Shown piece by piece: positions 48,901 to 63,068 of a stretch of 64,000 nt of DNA (position 1 is the first letter of the stretch; the number at the start of each line of letters is the position of its first letter). Source of the DNA: Malacoraja senta (Eukaryota); the NCBI GenBank assembly GCA_038087875.1, contig CM075987.1, forward strand, positions 12,834,001-12,898,000, written 5' to 3'. The translations under genes and the position numbers were made by a program. A model generated the notes under the pieces. It saw only the letters and a program-made list of their open reading frames with translations. It was not told the origin of the DNA and did no database searches.

Positions 48901-50545
48901 AGAGAGTCCAGGACTCAGTTCGGATCTGGGCTTGAACGGGTGATGGAACCGAGTGGGACAGTGTTGAGGTCCCAGGACCGGAGGTGGGGGGTTGACAGGT
49001 TCCCGGGATCGACGAGAATGGGGGGTGGAGTGGTTATCAGGGGCCTGAAACCCGTGGCAGGATTAGGGTCAAGTCAAGATACTGGACCTATGAGAGAGTA
49101 GTGACAGAGTCCAGGGGAAGGGTGAAGGGCCTTGCTTGGGGAGAGGGGTTCACAGGGGCACACAACCAGGGGGGTTAAGAGAGGGGGTTGGCAGAGTCCC
49201 AGACCCAAGCGGAGGGGAATGAAGGGATGGTGACGGATTTGGGAAGGGTGGGCGACTGGACAGGGCCTGATGAGGTGGTGACTGGTCAGTAGGTGTATGG
49301 TTCACTGCCAATGAATTATTTTCCAAGTTGTGATGCTGCTTGTTTTGTATGGATATCTGGGGAGAGTTGGAACATGTCGGGTAATACTCGCAGCATAACC
49401 TGTTTCCCCAAGTTGCTTTGCTTGCTGATCTGCATTGCTGCCACTTATGCAATGTTTTGCTTTTTAGAAATGTTTATCCTTGGAATTTCTCCATGGACTT
49501 GCTCCTTATCTTCGCTACTATCTCTTGGAAGTCCTTCATCTTCAACATATGTGCTCTTTTCCACTTCTCTCTTGAAAATCATGCCTACTATGTTCTGTTG
49601 TGCTGAAGCAAAGCAAGAATTTAATTGTCCTATCAGGGACACATGACATTAAACTCTCTTGAATCTTGTAATCTAAAAGTAAAATACTGCATAGGCTAGA
49701 AATCTGAAACTAAACAGTTTGACCAAAGTCAGCAATCTGAAATGTTAGTAAAAAAGAAACTGCGGGAGGAACTCAGTGGGTCAGGCAGTACACAGAGAGT
49801 GAAATAGACAGGGCGCTTCGGGTCGAGAGTCTTCTTCAACTAAAATGTTAGCTTTGGTTCTTTCTTCATGATTATTCCTTGACTGCTGGGTATTTATGAC
49901 ATTTTCTGTTTTTAATTGTAAATGTAATCATTTAATTTTTGGTCAATGTGTCATCAGGCAACAAAGTCCTGAGTTGTGGAATTCCATCCATAATTCTTGG
50001 CTTCCTTTTCCTATAATGCATTTGGTCGCACTCCCAAATAACTTTAAATAGCTCAGAGTTAAATTAGTTTGATAACATTGATGTAATAGACATTTGACCA
50101 TATCTTCTCATTAAAGGCCTAGTGTAATATTTATTATTATTGTTCGGTACTTTTTGGCACCATGCTCCTGAGAGGAAAGTGTGAACATGTGGGGCAGAGA
50201 GGATTTATGCTATCATAAAATATTTAAAAACATTTTCTCTTTGCTTTGTACCCATGTGTGCTCAGTAATGGCCTGTTCACATCTCCTCTTCCTCAAATTT
50301 AACTGCATTTCAGCTTCCATCAAAGTTTGGTGTTCTTTTACAGCGTGACTTTGCTGAAATTCTTCATTGTGCTTCTTTGTGTACAGAAAGTAAAATATTA
50401 GAGAGGGTTTCTGTTTTTAGATGCTGGATAATTTCTGAGGAAGTCCTAAAGATGCTTTGTATTATCCTTCACTTGTACATGATATCTCTGCCCACAATGC
50501 TGATTTTAATGTTTTCATCAGTGCACATGAGCTCAGAATGATACG

Positions 50546-50738
50546 ATGGAAAGCGGGGGCATCCCCCTGCTGCCAGACACCATTCTCCTCGAAGTGTTCC
50601 AGAACCTGGAGCACCAGGATGTCCTCGCTGCTGGTGGCACCTGCAGGCAGTGGTACGGAGTGTCTCGTGATGATTTTCTGTGGAGGGATCTCTTCTATCG
50701 TTATTACAATGTGAATCGATCGATTCCCCGACATCCAG
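50546..50738 (+). CDS. FBXW5: FBXW5 coding exon 1 (F-box domain)
   Basis: MESGGIPLLPDTILLEVFQNLEHQDVLAAGGTCRQWYGVSRDDFLWRDLFYRYY is an F-box matching the FBXW5 N-terminus; acceptor AG at 50520-21, donor GT at 50739, 193 nt, phase 1. Confidence 0.96.
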
Positions 50739-51639
50739 GTTAGTCTCCAAATCCTTTTCTGGATCTGCTCAAGTGTGATCGCATTCTGAAGAATGTCATT
50801 ATGTGCAAAGTGTTTTGGCGATCTATAACTTTTCAACTTTTTTCTGAATTTTTTTGGAGAAATTGCTCGTATGATACCGCACAGAAATGGTTTCTTCAGT
50901 CCAACCTGTCCATGCTGACCAAGATGCCTATATAAACTAATCATATTTGACTGCTTTTGGCCCATTTCCCTCTAACCCTTTCCTATGCCTGTACATGTCC
51001 AATATCTTTTAAACATTGAAATTTCATATTTCGCTTGGGTAGTTTACACCCCAGCGGTATGAACATTGACTTCTCTAACTTCAGATAGCCCTTGCTTTTT
51101 CTCTCCATCCCCTTCCCCTTCCCAGTTCTCCCACTAGTCTTACAGTCTCCACCTACTTGCTATCTCTGTCCCGCCCCCTCCCCTGACATCAGTGTGAAGA
51201 AGGGTCTCGACACAAAACGTCGCCCATTCCTTCTCTCCAGAGATGCTGTCTCACCCGCTGAGTTACTCCAACATTTTGTGTCTACCTTTGAAATTAATTA
51301 GCTACTTTTCCGTTCACCAAATTAGTCGGGCCCTATTAAATACTGAGTTGATATCATGACCCCATGTCTCATTCAGGACTGATTAATCTCAGAGAGAGTG
51401 CCATGCATATTCTCCAGAATGATTCCAAATCGATGATGATGGATTAACTTATATTAACTTTTTCAGTTACAGTATTTACCCTTTTTAGAATAACTATTGC
51501 TTACTGTATAAAGTGGACAAAGCAGTGGCAGAGGGGTTAAAACACAGGCTACAATCATGTCAGTTGAAAAGTCTGGTTTAAAAATAGGAAGTGACATGTG
51601 AAGCCTTCCACATACAATGTCAAAGTGATTGATATTGGT

Positions 51640-52880
51640 TTGTTACCGTCACGTGTTGAGATACAGTGAAAAACTTAGTCTGTGTGCTATCCAGTCAAAT
51701 CATACCATACATGAGTACAATCAAGCCATACACAAGGCTTGAAACGGGTAGTGCAAAGAAAAAAATACCAGAATGCAGAATATAGCATTACAGTGTTTTA
51801 GTGTTACAACTGCAGTGAAAGTGCAGATAACCAAAGTGCAAGAGCCACATTGAGATAGTGTTGAGAAATCGAGTCTGCATCCTTGGCTTTACAAGAGGTT
51901 TGTTCAGTTGCCTAATAACAACAGGGAAGAAGCTGTTTCTGAATGATGTGGTACTTGCTTTTAAACTTTTGTATCTTCTGCCCAACGAGAGAGGGGATAA
52001 AACAATGGCCCCTGATGATGTTGGTTTCTTTCCCAAGGGAGTGTGGTGTGGATGGAGTTGATGGCTTGTTTGTATGATGGGCGATTGAATCCAAAACAAT
52101 GCAATTTCTTGTGGACTTGGGCAGAGCAGTTGCCCGATCAAGCTGTGATACATCAGGTTGTGATGGTTTTTATAGTGCATCTATAGAAATTGGTAAATCT
52201 TTGGAGACATTCTAAATTTCCTTAGACTTTTGAGAAAGTAGAGGCATATTTGTTGTGCTTTCTTAGCTGTAGCATCAGTGTGTGGTTACAGGAACCTGAA
52301 GCTCTGAACTATCTCCAATAAACACCATTGATGTTGACTGGGCATGTACACTACCCCATTTCTTGAAGACAATGACTAGCTCTTTCATTTTGCTGACACT
52401 GAGGTCGTTGTGTTGACACCATGATACTAAATTCTCTATCTCCTTCATGTACTCCATTTCGTCATTTTTCGTGATACTACCCACGACAGTGGTGTCTTCT
52501 TCAAACTTGTAAATTGAGCCGCACAGTTGTGAATGTTTCCGGAGAATGCTAAGGGGCTGGGAAGACATTCCAGCAGAGCACCAGTGTTGAGAATTATCAG
52601 AGGATGTTTTGTCATCGATCCTTACTGTTTATTGTCTACAGGTCAAGAATTCAAGCACCCAGTTGCAGGGGGTGGGAGAGGGAGGAAAATTCCAAGGACC
52701 AGAAGCTTGGAGATGAATTTGGTTGGCTTAAGGTAATGAAGGTGGAGCTATAGTTAATAAATAGGAGCTGACAAGGGTGTCCTTGTTATCCAGATATTCT
52801 GGAGATGAGTGTGGGGCTGGGGAGAAGGCATCTTCTCTAAATCTGATGCAGCGGTAGGTGAATTGCAGTGAATCAAGGCT
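51640..52880 (-). mobile_element. Degenerate Rex1/Babar-type LINE in FBXW5 intron 2
   Basis: KFEEDTTVVG.I...DEMEY..EIE.LVSWCQHN.LSVSK.KELVI.F and GRRYKSLKA.T..FRNSFFP on the - strand. Confidence 0.8.
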
Positions 52881-53377
52881 GTCTGGGATGCTGAAGCTAA
52901 GTCATGGTGAGAAATGTAGATTGAAATGAGCTGTCGTCATTGGTAAAGAACATGCAAAGGAGGCAAGTCCAGAATCAGGCAGAAATTCTAAGGGCAGATT
53001 ATCATTGTAGTAGTCCATAATTAATTGATCCATTTTCATTTCATGAAGAATTCTTCAAGGTATCTGTGCCATTTGACAGTGCTGTTTGGTGTTAAGTATA
53101 TAACAGTCAATGGCAGGAAGGCAGTCCAGTTCTCTGGCACCCTGACATTGTTGCATAAGCCCACTTCTCGCCGTCACTGCTGAGTTATTTGAACGCTCCT
53201 TTTCCAACCCATTGGACCGTTACTCTATGACATACCCGGATTGAAGCAAATTAAAGTTGTCTCAATGGTTAGATTCAGGGAACCAAATAATGGTAAATGT
53301 TTCATCGAATTATGTCTATCAAGACTTAACAAAGCTATGCCCAGGACAAGTTGACGCTGACATTTTGTCTGTTGTAG

Positions 53378-53535
53378 CTGCTACTTCGTGGCTGGGCGAG
53401 TTCCAGAGGCTGTATGATACGATTCCTTGTGTGCAAGTGGCAACTTTGAAGGAACATCGAGACCAGGTCTTGCACGTCAGCTTTTCTCATAATGGGTACT
53501 TCTTTAGCTCCTGCTCCAAGGATTGTTTTGTCAAG
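53378..53535 (+). CDS. FBXW5: FBXW5 coding exon 2 (WD40)
   Basis: AATSWLGEFQRLYDTIPCVQVATLKEHRDQVLHVSFSHNGYFFSSCSKDCFVK; tag/gtaag boundaries; 158 nt keeps frame. Confidence 0.96.
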
Positions 53536-53656
53536 GTAAGAATGCACTTGCTCTGTGAGTCCTGCCTCTCACCCTTGGAGAGTCCCTTCCCCATCGACTG
53601 GTCCTGGCTCCATCTGTTTCATCTCCCCACCGTCTACGACGAAGGCACCCATCTCT

Positions 53657-53660
<4 letters not shown>

Positions 53661-53697
<37 letters not shown>
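53661..53697. repeat. (CT)n microsatellite
   Basis: Perfect CT run. Confidence 0.95.
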
Positions 53698-53700
<3 letters not shown>

Positions 53701-54463
53701 CTCCGTCTGCCAATGTTCCTATCTCTCTTTCTCTCCAACCCTCCCAACTCTCTCGCTCCCCCCCCCCCCCAGAAGCCTCCAGCTCTCCCTTGATTTTTGT
53801 CAGAACCCATTTTCCTGATCACTTTATTTTTGGCCATCACCAAAGGTTGATTGATCAAAAGAAAGTTTCTCCATTGTATTATCCTACCTATTCATCCTTT
53901 AATGGTGTCCATTGTCAAGAATTTCCATATACTTTAGTCCAGTAATAATCTGTGTGGTATACCAATGGCTATAAGTTGACACCTATGGTGGAAGGCTTTT
54001 ATTGAAATATATTTAGAAGCCTCTAAAGATCCACGTTAAGTCTGCTTTTTCTCCTTTATTGGTTCCAGGGATGTGAATGTCACTGGATAGTTTCACATTT
54101 CTGGCCCTTCCCCTCTTGCTGCTGTCATTGAGCTATTTCAAGGAGTAATTGAGAGTCAATAATACTGCGGTGTGCCTTGGCCACACAGAAATCATATACT
54201 GTATTCCCTTCCCTGAGAGATGTTAGCATACTGGGTGGGTGTGTAAAATCTGATTGTTACATAATCCCAATTAATAATGCTAGCTTTTAATTTCTAATGT
54301 ATTTAATTGAAATCCCTAGTGTACATGTAAGCTTAAAACTCAATACCGACTTGGTCACGATGCCACCGCACCCCAAAGCTTATAAGGTGGTTCATAATGC
54401 TGCTTTGCAGAAACTCTTTCTGTTACTGTGTGTCTTCAAAAATGTTGTTCACTTTTTTTTCAG

Positions 54464-54638
54464 ATATGGAACAATGATTTGGAAATTTCAGTGTTACACA
54501 GTGCTAATATGCGCCCCTACAATTGGAGCTACACCCAGTTTTCCCAATTCAATACTGAAGATACCCTCCTCCTTGTATCTGGGGTCTATATTGGACCTCA
54601 CAGCTCATCCTCTGGTGAAATCGCAGTCTTCAATCTAG
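54464..54638 (+). CDS. FBXW5: FBXW5 coding exon 3
   Basis: IWNNDLEISVLHSANMRPYNWSYTQFSQFNTEDTLLLVSGVYIGPHSSSSGEIAVFNL; poly-T cag acceptor, gt donor; 175 nt. Confidence 0.95.
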
Positions 54639-56027
54639 GTAGCTAATATATATATATTTTAATTACCTCTTAATCTCAAAACCAAAAGGAATGCAACCCA
54701 GGTTTCTGGCACCAATCCTCATGATTTAACTGTCTTGGCTCTGATTTAGAATCAGAACAATGGATAGAACCAATTAGGGCAGTGGATGAGAACAGAAACA
54801 GAACAGGAACTGGCTCTGAAAATTAGATACTCAGCTACGCATTGGTGGGAAGAGGATGTTACAGCATTGCACAGGTCCTGTACTCGTGGGTAGAAGTCTT
54901 TCGCTGTACAATTGGGATTCAGTGCCAATGGGTATAAAGTTGTTGCTGTATAACGCTATTCATGTTATGGAGAGTATGGATATAAGACTATACTGTACTG
55001 CAATACAGGATACTCGCTATTTTCCACATAATTTAGAAAGAGGTGCATTGCAGATAAAACCAGTATTGTTGATTATTAAAATGCCGTGGCATCACCTTCA
55101 ATTGTTTCTGACCATTGGATGGCAGTATTCTCAAAGCACTGTTCAGTCTTGAGTTCCTAAGCAAGAAACAATGAGGAAATGGGCAATATATTTCCAGGTC
55201 AGCGTGGTATATGGCTTGGAGGGAAACCTGCAGGTTTGTGGTGAGGTTTGTGCTTTCTGCCCATATCCTACTTTGTTGGAGAGGTCACATGTTTGGAAGG
55301 TGCAGTCAGAGTGGCATAGATACAGTGCACTCTGTGATGGTGACTGACTGTTCGGGAGTTGGATGAGAAGCCAGTCAAACAGCTGCTTTGTACTGGTTGA
55401 TATTAAATCTCTTGAGAATCTTTGAAGCTGCACTCATTCAGGCCAGTGGAGAGTGTCCCAACACACTCCCGATTTATGCCTTGTGCATGTGGAAAGGCCC
55501 AGGGGTGTTAGGAGGTGAGTCACTTACCTCAGGATATCCAGTACATGTTGTTTATCTGGATGGTCCAGTTAGCCTTTTGTCCAGTGGCAACCCCCAATAT
55601 GTTATTGTCAGGGAGTCAATATTGGTAATGCCTTTAAATGTCAAGGATGGTAGTGAATCGTGAACATCTTGAAAACTGACAATAGTTATTCACATCCACA
55701 TTGTATCATCCTGTGTCATTAGGAAATAAATTTAAAGGCAAAAATGGCAAATTTAAAGGTAAATATGGATGAATACATTATTTGCTGTATGTTGTTACGA
55801 TTTGAACTGCACTGCATGAGAGGTGTTGGAAGCAGGTTCAAAAGTAACAATCAAATAAGAATTGGATAAATATTTTTTTAAATGTTAAGCTAAAGGGGAA
55901 CGATCTGGGAGTGCAGTTGGACAACTGTTATAAACAGCCCCCTTTTGTGGGTTATAATTGTATAATTTAATGAATGCTGTATTTTCAACACACGCCCATT
56001 ATTCCTGCCATTGCTCTCTACTTCCAG

Positions 56028-56176
56028 ATGACTTCACATTGCTATCCCGAGTGAGGAATAAACCCTACGACGTCTTTGGCTGTTGGTTAAATGAAACGCA
56101 TTTAATCTCTGGGAATCTGCACTGGATTGGGAACATGACATCTTGCTCAGTGCTCTGGTTAAACAAAGCCTATCAG
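56028..56176 (+). CDS. FBXW5: FBXW5 coding exon 4
   Basis: DDFTLLSRVRNKPYDVFGCWLNETHLISGNLHWIGNMTSCSVLWLNKAYQ; cag/gtga; 149 nt. Confidence 0.95.
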
Positions 56177-56205
56177 GTGAATACACACCAGGTGTTGCCC
56201 ACCAT

Positions 56206-56970
56206 TAGATTAGATTAGATTAGATTTTATTACTTGTCATTTGAACCTCAGAGAGGCTCAAACGAAACTCCGTTTCCACAGCCATACAAACAAAACAATT
56301 CCTACACGACACACAAACAATTCAATTTACAGAAAAACATCAATCACAGTGAATCACCTCCTCACTGTGATGGAAGGCAAAGTCTTTTCTCTCCCCAGCA
56401 CCATTTTTCTCCCGATGTTGAAGCCCCAGGCGGGCAATGTGCGGCCCCGCTCCAGGCCCAAAAGTCACAAGTTGGGTCCCCCGGCGGGCGCTGGAATGTC
56501 CCGCGGCCATTAAAGCCGCGCCGGGCGATGTACGGCCCCGCTCTGGGTCTTTCGAACCCCGCGACTCGGGCTGGAGAAGTTGCGTTGCGGGAGCTCCGAA
56601 AAGCGGTCTCCCACCCGGACCCGCGAGCTCCCGATATCACTGTCCACTGGTCTGCAGCTGCAGCTGGAGCTCCGGAGTCGGGCCGCAGCAGCGCACCACG
56701 CTCCGAGGCCGGCCAGCCCCGCGATGGTGAGTCTGCAGCTCCGCAGGCTCAGCTAGGCCCCAACGACAACGGAGACCCGACAGGGAAAAAGTCGGGTCTC
56801 CCGTGCAGGGAAGAGATTTTAAAAGTTTCCCCCTCCCCCCCCCCCCCCCACATATACACAGTTAAAAACAGTACAAAAAACCCCACAAACAACTACATTT
56901 AACTAGACAAAAATAATTTTAAAAAGACAGACAGGCTGTAGGGACCGCTGCAGTAATCCTGCGCCGCAGC
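56206..56970 (-). mobile_element. GC-rich non-autonomous element with a (TCTAA)n tail in FBXW5 intron 5
   Basis: Second copy of the 15735 family; (ATTAG)4 tail and 3' stem-loop; accounts for the 222-aa ORF at 56234. Confidence 0.75.
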
Positions 56971-58664
56971 ACATTAACATCTGAAACCAATCCTTGAGCC
57001 AAAATATAGATATGCTGGGGCATAGTGTATTCTGTGTTTCTGCTGCTGGACATGGGAGTCTACAGATGATGAGTGAGAGAGAAAATGGGACGATCGCGAG
57101 GGTATACCATACAGCAGTGATTCTCACTGCTGAGTCAGTCAATTACTTTCTGAAGGCTGTTATAGTTCCCTCTGTCTAATTCACCTCTGCCCCTCGGTTA
57201 TGTAACATTCTCCCACAGCTCCATTCATTGTTGTTCTTGCCCTACCATCCGTCAATCTCTGCACCTCCTCCCCATACTATCACAACAACTTCACCTCTGG
57301 GTATCTGTGTAGTAGCTGCTGATTCACAGCTCCTGTGATCCAGTTTCAATCCTGACATTTTGATTTGGGACATTTCTTCAAGAAATGTAGTCTGCCTATT
57401 TCCTTCCACAGATGCTACCTGGTCTGCTGAGTTCCTCCAGCAGTTTGTTTTTTTACCCTGATTACAACGACCTAGACTGTGTCTGGAATATTGCGTATGG
57501 GTCTCTGTTCATACTGCTATATTTGCCACAGAGGGAGCACGTTTAAAATTCATCAGATTAATTCCTGGAAATTGGTGGGGGGGGGGGGGGCGGTGTTGTG
57601 TCGAGGTGAGATTAAGCAGCCTGGTCTATAATCTTGAGTTAAAAGAACGAGAGATGAGCTCATTGAAATTTACCAAGTTGTTACTGGCCTTCTTCTTTTC
57701 GTGTCCATCTTGTTACAAATGTTGACCTCGCTGTCATCGTCAGTCCTGGAAAGGACGCAAGCTTCGGGCGACAATCAGTGGAAGCCATCACTTGTCGCAA
57801 TAGATGATGGTGGTAGCAGAATTAGCTCAGGATACTTCCAGTTTCCAGCCCCGCGACGTGGACGCTTCTGCTATGGGGCTGTTACTGGCCTTGAACAGGG
57901 TGGATAATGTTTCTCCTGGCTAGGGTCTAAAAACAGCGGTTGTCACAAAATTAGGCGTTGGCCATGTCAGGAAGGAGCTGAGATTAAATTACTCATACTT
58001 ACTTGCTAGGTACGTTCAAATCAGAGAGTGATGTTTTTTTAAAATTTTATAATAATGGGGATAATACAGGAGAATGGCACCGAGAAAAAAGGTCAAACAT
58101 GATTTATTGAACATTGGGGCAGCCATCTTCTTGTGTTTTTTTCAACTTTATCCATTTCCCTGACTACTCTTTTAGCCCTCACCCTCTCCACGTCATAGTT
58201 TACTGTGATAACCTGCAGGCCAGTCCAGATGAAGGGTCCCCGCCCAAAATTCCTTCCGTCCATTTCCCGACACAAACACTGCCTGACCCGCTGAGCTTCT
58301 CCAGCAATTTATTTTTTGCTCCAGATTTCAGCATCTGCAGTCTCGTGACTCCAGGACTCTGCTCCTGTCTCGTAGAAAAGTCAACTTCTCAACCTGAACC
58401 ACTACAACCCTCCTCTGTCTCTTTAAACTTGATCCTCCCCTTTGCTTGTTCATAAACTGTTAAATCTCCATTAGCTTCCTGTTCTGCTGAGAGATTACTG
58501 ACATTAGATTAAGCTCATTTTCTGCCCCGAATGTGTTAGTTGAGATGTTGGCAGCATTTCATTTCAAATGTTCACAGTGGTGTTCCCTAGATGGATGTGT
58601 ATTTAAGTAGCGGTCATTGTGTTTTATCATGTTTAACAATTCAGTCCCACTCTCTCCCTGCTAG

Positions 58665-59127
58665 GATATTGAATCAGAAAATATAAATGTGGTGAAGCGA
58701 CTGTTCCAGCTGCAGAATCGCAATGCCAGCACCATTCGCACAGTGATGGTGGCGGACTGCAGCAGACACGACACTCCAGACCTTCTGCTGGGCCTCCAGC
58801 AGCCAGGACTCAATTCATCCCCCTGGGTGTTTAACCTGGGCAGCGACAGCGAGGATGAATGTTGCAACAAACCAAAGCACAGCAGCGAGAGTGCGAATGA
58901 GGCAATGGCCAGAGTTCAGGATCGTGCAGAGCTGGAGGCAAACGTGCCCTCTGAAGGTCTCCAGCCCCTGATGAATGAGAAGCAGTTGGAGGCACGAGTG
59001 GCAGAACTTTTTCTGCAGGCCAAGACGAAACCTGTGGACGTTAACATCCTGTCAGAACATCAGGCAGATCAAAAAAAGTACTTGATCTTCACCACAGGAA
59101 GCCTTACCTACACTCCCCACCAGATAG
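58665..59127 (+). CDS. FBXW5: FBXW5 coding exon 5
   Basis: DIESENINVVKRLFQLQNRNASTIRTVMVADCS...KKYLIFTTGSLTYTPHQI; tag/gtag; 463 nt. Confidence 0.95.
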
Positions 59128-59707
59128 GTAGGTTCCAGGTGCCCCACCAGTACCAAGACGGCCTAGCCTATCACAATATATTGAGCAGTGGTGTTGTCAG
59201 TCTTATAGGATCTTGTAAACTATTGAAATTTCTATAAGAACTAAAGAAGTGATATGTTTGTTGGCAACTAATGAGGTTTAAAGAGGATTCAATTAAAATT
59301 GATATTCGGATATTAAAAGCTTGAGGAAAGAAAAGGGCGTTGTTAAGGAGTGCATTAAGGAAATTAGGGAGGTTTGAGGTGGTAATGCCAGAGTTTAGGG
59401 CTTTGGCAGTTGAAGGCATAGCTACCACTGGTGGAACAATTGGAGTGGAAGGTGTACTGGAGGGCAGAACTGGATCAAGATTTTCTGTTAATCCAAGTCC
59501 TCTTTCTTCTATATGATTTATTGAAGTTACATAACTCCAGTCTCTCCATCTACACGTAATGTTCATAATGATGTACTCATGGAGAAAGTTGATCCTTATG
59601 GAGTCTGGCAAATACATTTTGCATCGTTATCAAGCAGGACTTGTTTATAGAATGTTTTAATTATAATTTTCTAGAATTAACCTTTTGAAGAAGCAACCAG
59701 GGACAGT

Positions 59708-59918
59708 TGTTTAAGAAAGAACTGCAGATGCTGGTAAAATCGAAGGTAGACAAAAATGCTGGAGAAACTCAGCGGGTGAGGCAGCATCTATGGAGCAAAG
59801 GAATAGGTGGCGTTTCGGGTTGAGACCAAGGGTCTCGACCTGAAACGTCACCTATTCCTTCGCTTCATAGATGCTGCCTCACCCGCCGAGTTTCTCCAGC
59901 ACTTTTGTGTACCTTCAT
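59708..59918. mobile_element. Palindromic Penelope-derived element in an FBXW5 intron
   Basis: Inverted arms around 59825; 11-bp TSD CCAGGGACAGT (59697-59707 / 59919-59929). Confidence 0.8.
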
Positions 59919-61406
59919 CCAGGGACAGTGTTCTTGTAGATCTAGTATTGTGCAATGTAATGAAATGTAAAGGGAGGGACCTTTGATGGAGTAAGGGCTT
60001 GTTTCCACGTTGTGTCTCTAAAAGTTTAATTTTTTTAAATGGATCCGTTACCCTGTTCTTTAATCCGGCCACCTATAGTTCATCATGCATTATTCAGGGT
60101 GGCAATGTCGATGTTAAAACATCCGTGTTCCCTAGCTATGATAGCAGAGCAGCATTCAGGTGTGTTGCTATTGGGATTGTCCATGTGGATCTTGGTGTTC
60201 CAGGTCCTATTGTGATAATGTGGAATGGAAGTTGCTTGTCTGTGGTTTCTTCTAATGTGGGTTAAATTTTGCATAACAGCTACGACATGTACTTAACAGA
60301 GGAGGACTTGATGCAGTGTCCAGGGAACCAAGATGATTGGGAGGCAAACTCTCAAATATTAATACTAATTTTAAACAAAATACTAATTGTCGTAAGATCC
60401 TTAGTTCTCTGGTATTTCTGCTCCATTTACTTTATCTTCCACTGGCAAAACTTTTATTTCCCAAACAAATCTTAGCAAAAGGCATCCCTAGTAACAATGT
60501 TCAAGAATTTGAAGGTGTAAGGGGTTCAAGAGGCTAGCTTCTTTACTAAAGTTTTCCTCTTGAGCTAAATTCAATATTCTGTTATATTGTGATCTCTTTT
60601 GCTTCAGAGATTTCTCATCATGAGATTATTAATGACTGTGTTCTATTACACAAGGCAAGATATAAAACAGAATATCAAAAGCTACAGGTACTGGAAATCT
60701 GAAAGAAGAAAAAGTACTGGAGATGCTCAGCAGGTCAGGCAGCGTCTGTAGATAGTGAAACAAAATTAACCTTTAAAGTTGAAGAACCTTCATCAGTAGA
60801 TTTTAAAATAGCCTGCTCTCTGGTTCGTTTCATGACCAGCTACTCCAAGAAACAGGTTTGGACATGTGCTCTATCAAATTTAGAAAGAATTAGAGATGAT
60901 GTGAGGAAAAGATAGGGATTCTGAAGAGGCTTGTAGGGAAGGGTAGGAAGACTTCAGCCATTTTAAGATTAGAGAATAGTTTATTCCCTCATACGATGGA
61001 GTCTTTCAAATTCTGTGTTCCTTAGGGCTGTAGATGGTCTATCCTTCAGCATTGTTTTAAATTAGTCATGGAAAAGGGAAGAACTGGTCTAACCAACAAT
61101 ATTTCCCTTGTAAAAATTATGTTAGTTTCTAGTTGTTGAAGTTTTAGTACTATTTCAGTGTTCAGGAAAGGACAGGCACGTTTGTTTATATCTCCTGTAG
61201 TCAAATCTGCGAAGAGATGCCCTTTGGGCCACATATCCATGGATCCTGCATCATTGTACAGGGATGGAAGGAATAAGGCCAGAGAAAAATACATCCAAGA
61301 AGCTGGAAATTAGCAGGCACATTAAGATGGAACTTCATGGGACATACTTGAAAGAAAATGTGCTTTGAATTTCTTGACATTTGTAACCCTCTGAATATAA
61401 TTGCAG

Positions 61407-61554
61407 GTATTAAGCAAATATTGCCTCATCACATGGAAACAACAGGACCAGTTTTGGGGGAAGAACGGAGCTCCAATGAGTTCTTCGATCCTCTGGATCA
61501 CACGATTGATGTCCACGGTCACATCATTGGGATGGGTCTGTCTCCAGACCACAG
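61407..61554 (+). CDS. FBXW5: FBXW5 coding exon 6
   Basis: GIKQILPHHMETTGPVLGEERSSNEFFDPLDHTIDVHGHIIGMGLSPDHR; cag/gtcagt; 148 nt. Confidence 0.95.
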
Positions 61555-61708
61555 GTCAGTCCCTCGATCAGTCTGCACCATGGTTAGCCAGGTCCCAGTC
61601 TCCGATTGCCGGGAGTCGTGCCCAGCACCTGGGGAGCCGGACACGACTCAGCTCACGGGTGTTAGTACAACTGTCATAGATCTGATAGTGGACTATGCTG
61701 CCTTTCAG

Positions 61709-61921
61709 GTACTTATATGTAAACAGTCGTGCCTGGCCCAAGGGCTGCATCATCAGTGACCCCATGAACCCTCCACCCATTGCTGAGGAGATTGATATCC
61801 ATGTATTTGATCTGAAGACAATGCAGGAAGTAACACAGACTCTGCGTGCACACACAGCATACACTCCCAACGACGAGTGCTTCTTCATCTTCTTGGACGT
61901 CAGCAGGGATTACGTGGCCAG
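61709..61921 (+). CDS. FBXW5: FBXW5 coding exon 7
   Basis: YLYVNSRAWPKGCIISDPMNPPPIAEEIDIHVFDLKTMQEV...AHTAYTPNDECFFIFLDVSRDYVA; cag/gtaaag; 213 nt. Confidence 0.95.
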
Positions 61922-63068
61922 GTAAAGTACTGGATTCCTTTCAATCCTCGTCATCTTCAGTGTGTAGTACCTACTAGGTCTCCAATCAAGCTGCAGGACG
62001 GATCAGAATCACAACTTAGCTGGATCATGGCCACGTATCCAGATACGGTAGTCTCTGCAGGGTCAATCATGTGGCAGGGTGGAGCATGCTGATTTAGGGT
62101 CAGTATGTATCCAAAAAGGAACTGCTATTAAACTCACTGGGGGGCGTTGAGATTGATAACACTTCAAGGAGATGCGAAAAAAAATTAAAGTGCCTTCAAG
62201 AGTAGTGTCAGTATTCTTTAATCTCACTGTGTTTTACATTTCTAGTAGACTTTATCTTGGAGAGGTCCATCAGACATTAGATTTGTGGGGGGTATTGAAG
62301 GAGCAGGAGATGGGGTAAAAAACTCCTAACAGATTGGATTTGTATGTAGGATTCTCTGACAATTTGGGTCAAATGCAACTCCCTTTACACTGGCATCAGC
62401 CAATCTTCACTGTCCCGCCTGCAACTGGTCCAAAACGCCGCAGCGAGACTCCTGATGGGCACCCGAAAAAGGGACCACATCACCCCGATCCTGGCTTTCC
62501 ACTGGCTCCCTGTGCGGTTCCGTATAAACTTCAAGATCCTCCTCCATGTCTACAAAGCCCTCAATGGGCTTGCCCCCACCTACATAAAAAGTCTTCTCAG
62601 TGCTGGAATAATGGTGGCAGTTCTGTAATCCCTATTAGACAAGGTTTGTGGCAGATTGGATATTGCGTGGGGAAGTTATACAAAACTAATGCCATGCCAA
62701 TAGGTTGGTTAGGGAGGATGGGGTAAAGAGGTCAATAGCATTTGAAGGATTGGGTTCCATAGGAAGGGCAGTCCTTGATCAAGTGGGCCATGATAAATTG
62801 TACTCTCTTTGGGAAGATTTACGATTGTATCTTTTACTGGGAAAAGTGAGAGATGTGATAAATGCTGTACTGGGGATGCGTGCGCTAGTGAATGTGTTTT
62901 GCTGTAGAATCCTAGGCGTACAATTCATAATAAATTGGACGTGCAATGATACAAGTTGCATGTCAAAGGCATGTGTTAGATGGAGCTTCTGTGAAGGATT
63001 AAGGTGAAAAATTGTGAGCTCAATGTGGCTTCCGGTGGTTTACTGTCTTCATGTGCATCTCCCACTAG

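Noticed and set aside
50462-50965. 167-aa ORF antisense to FBXW5 coding exon 1
   Set aside because: Shadow ORF of the real exon that runs into intronic SINE sequence
56234-56902. 222-aa ORF, the longest in the track
   Set aside because: Lies inside a GC-rich interspersed repeat in an FBXW5 intron; the paralogous copy at 15.7-16.5 kb does not keep the frame
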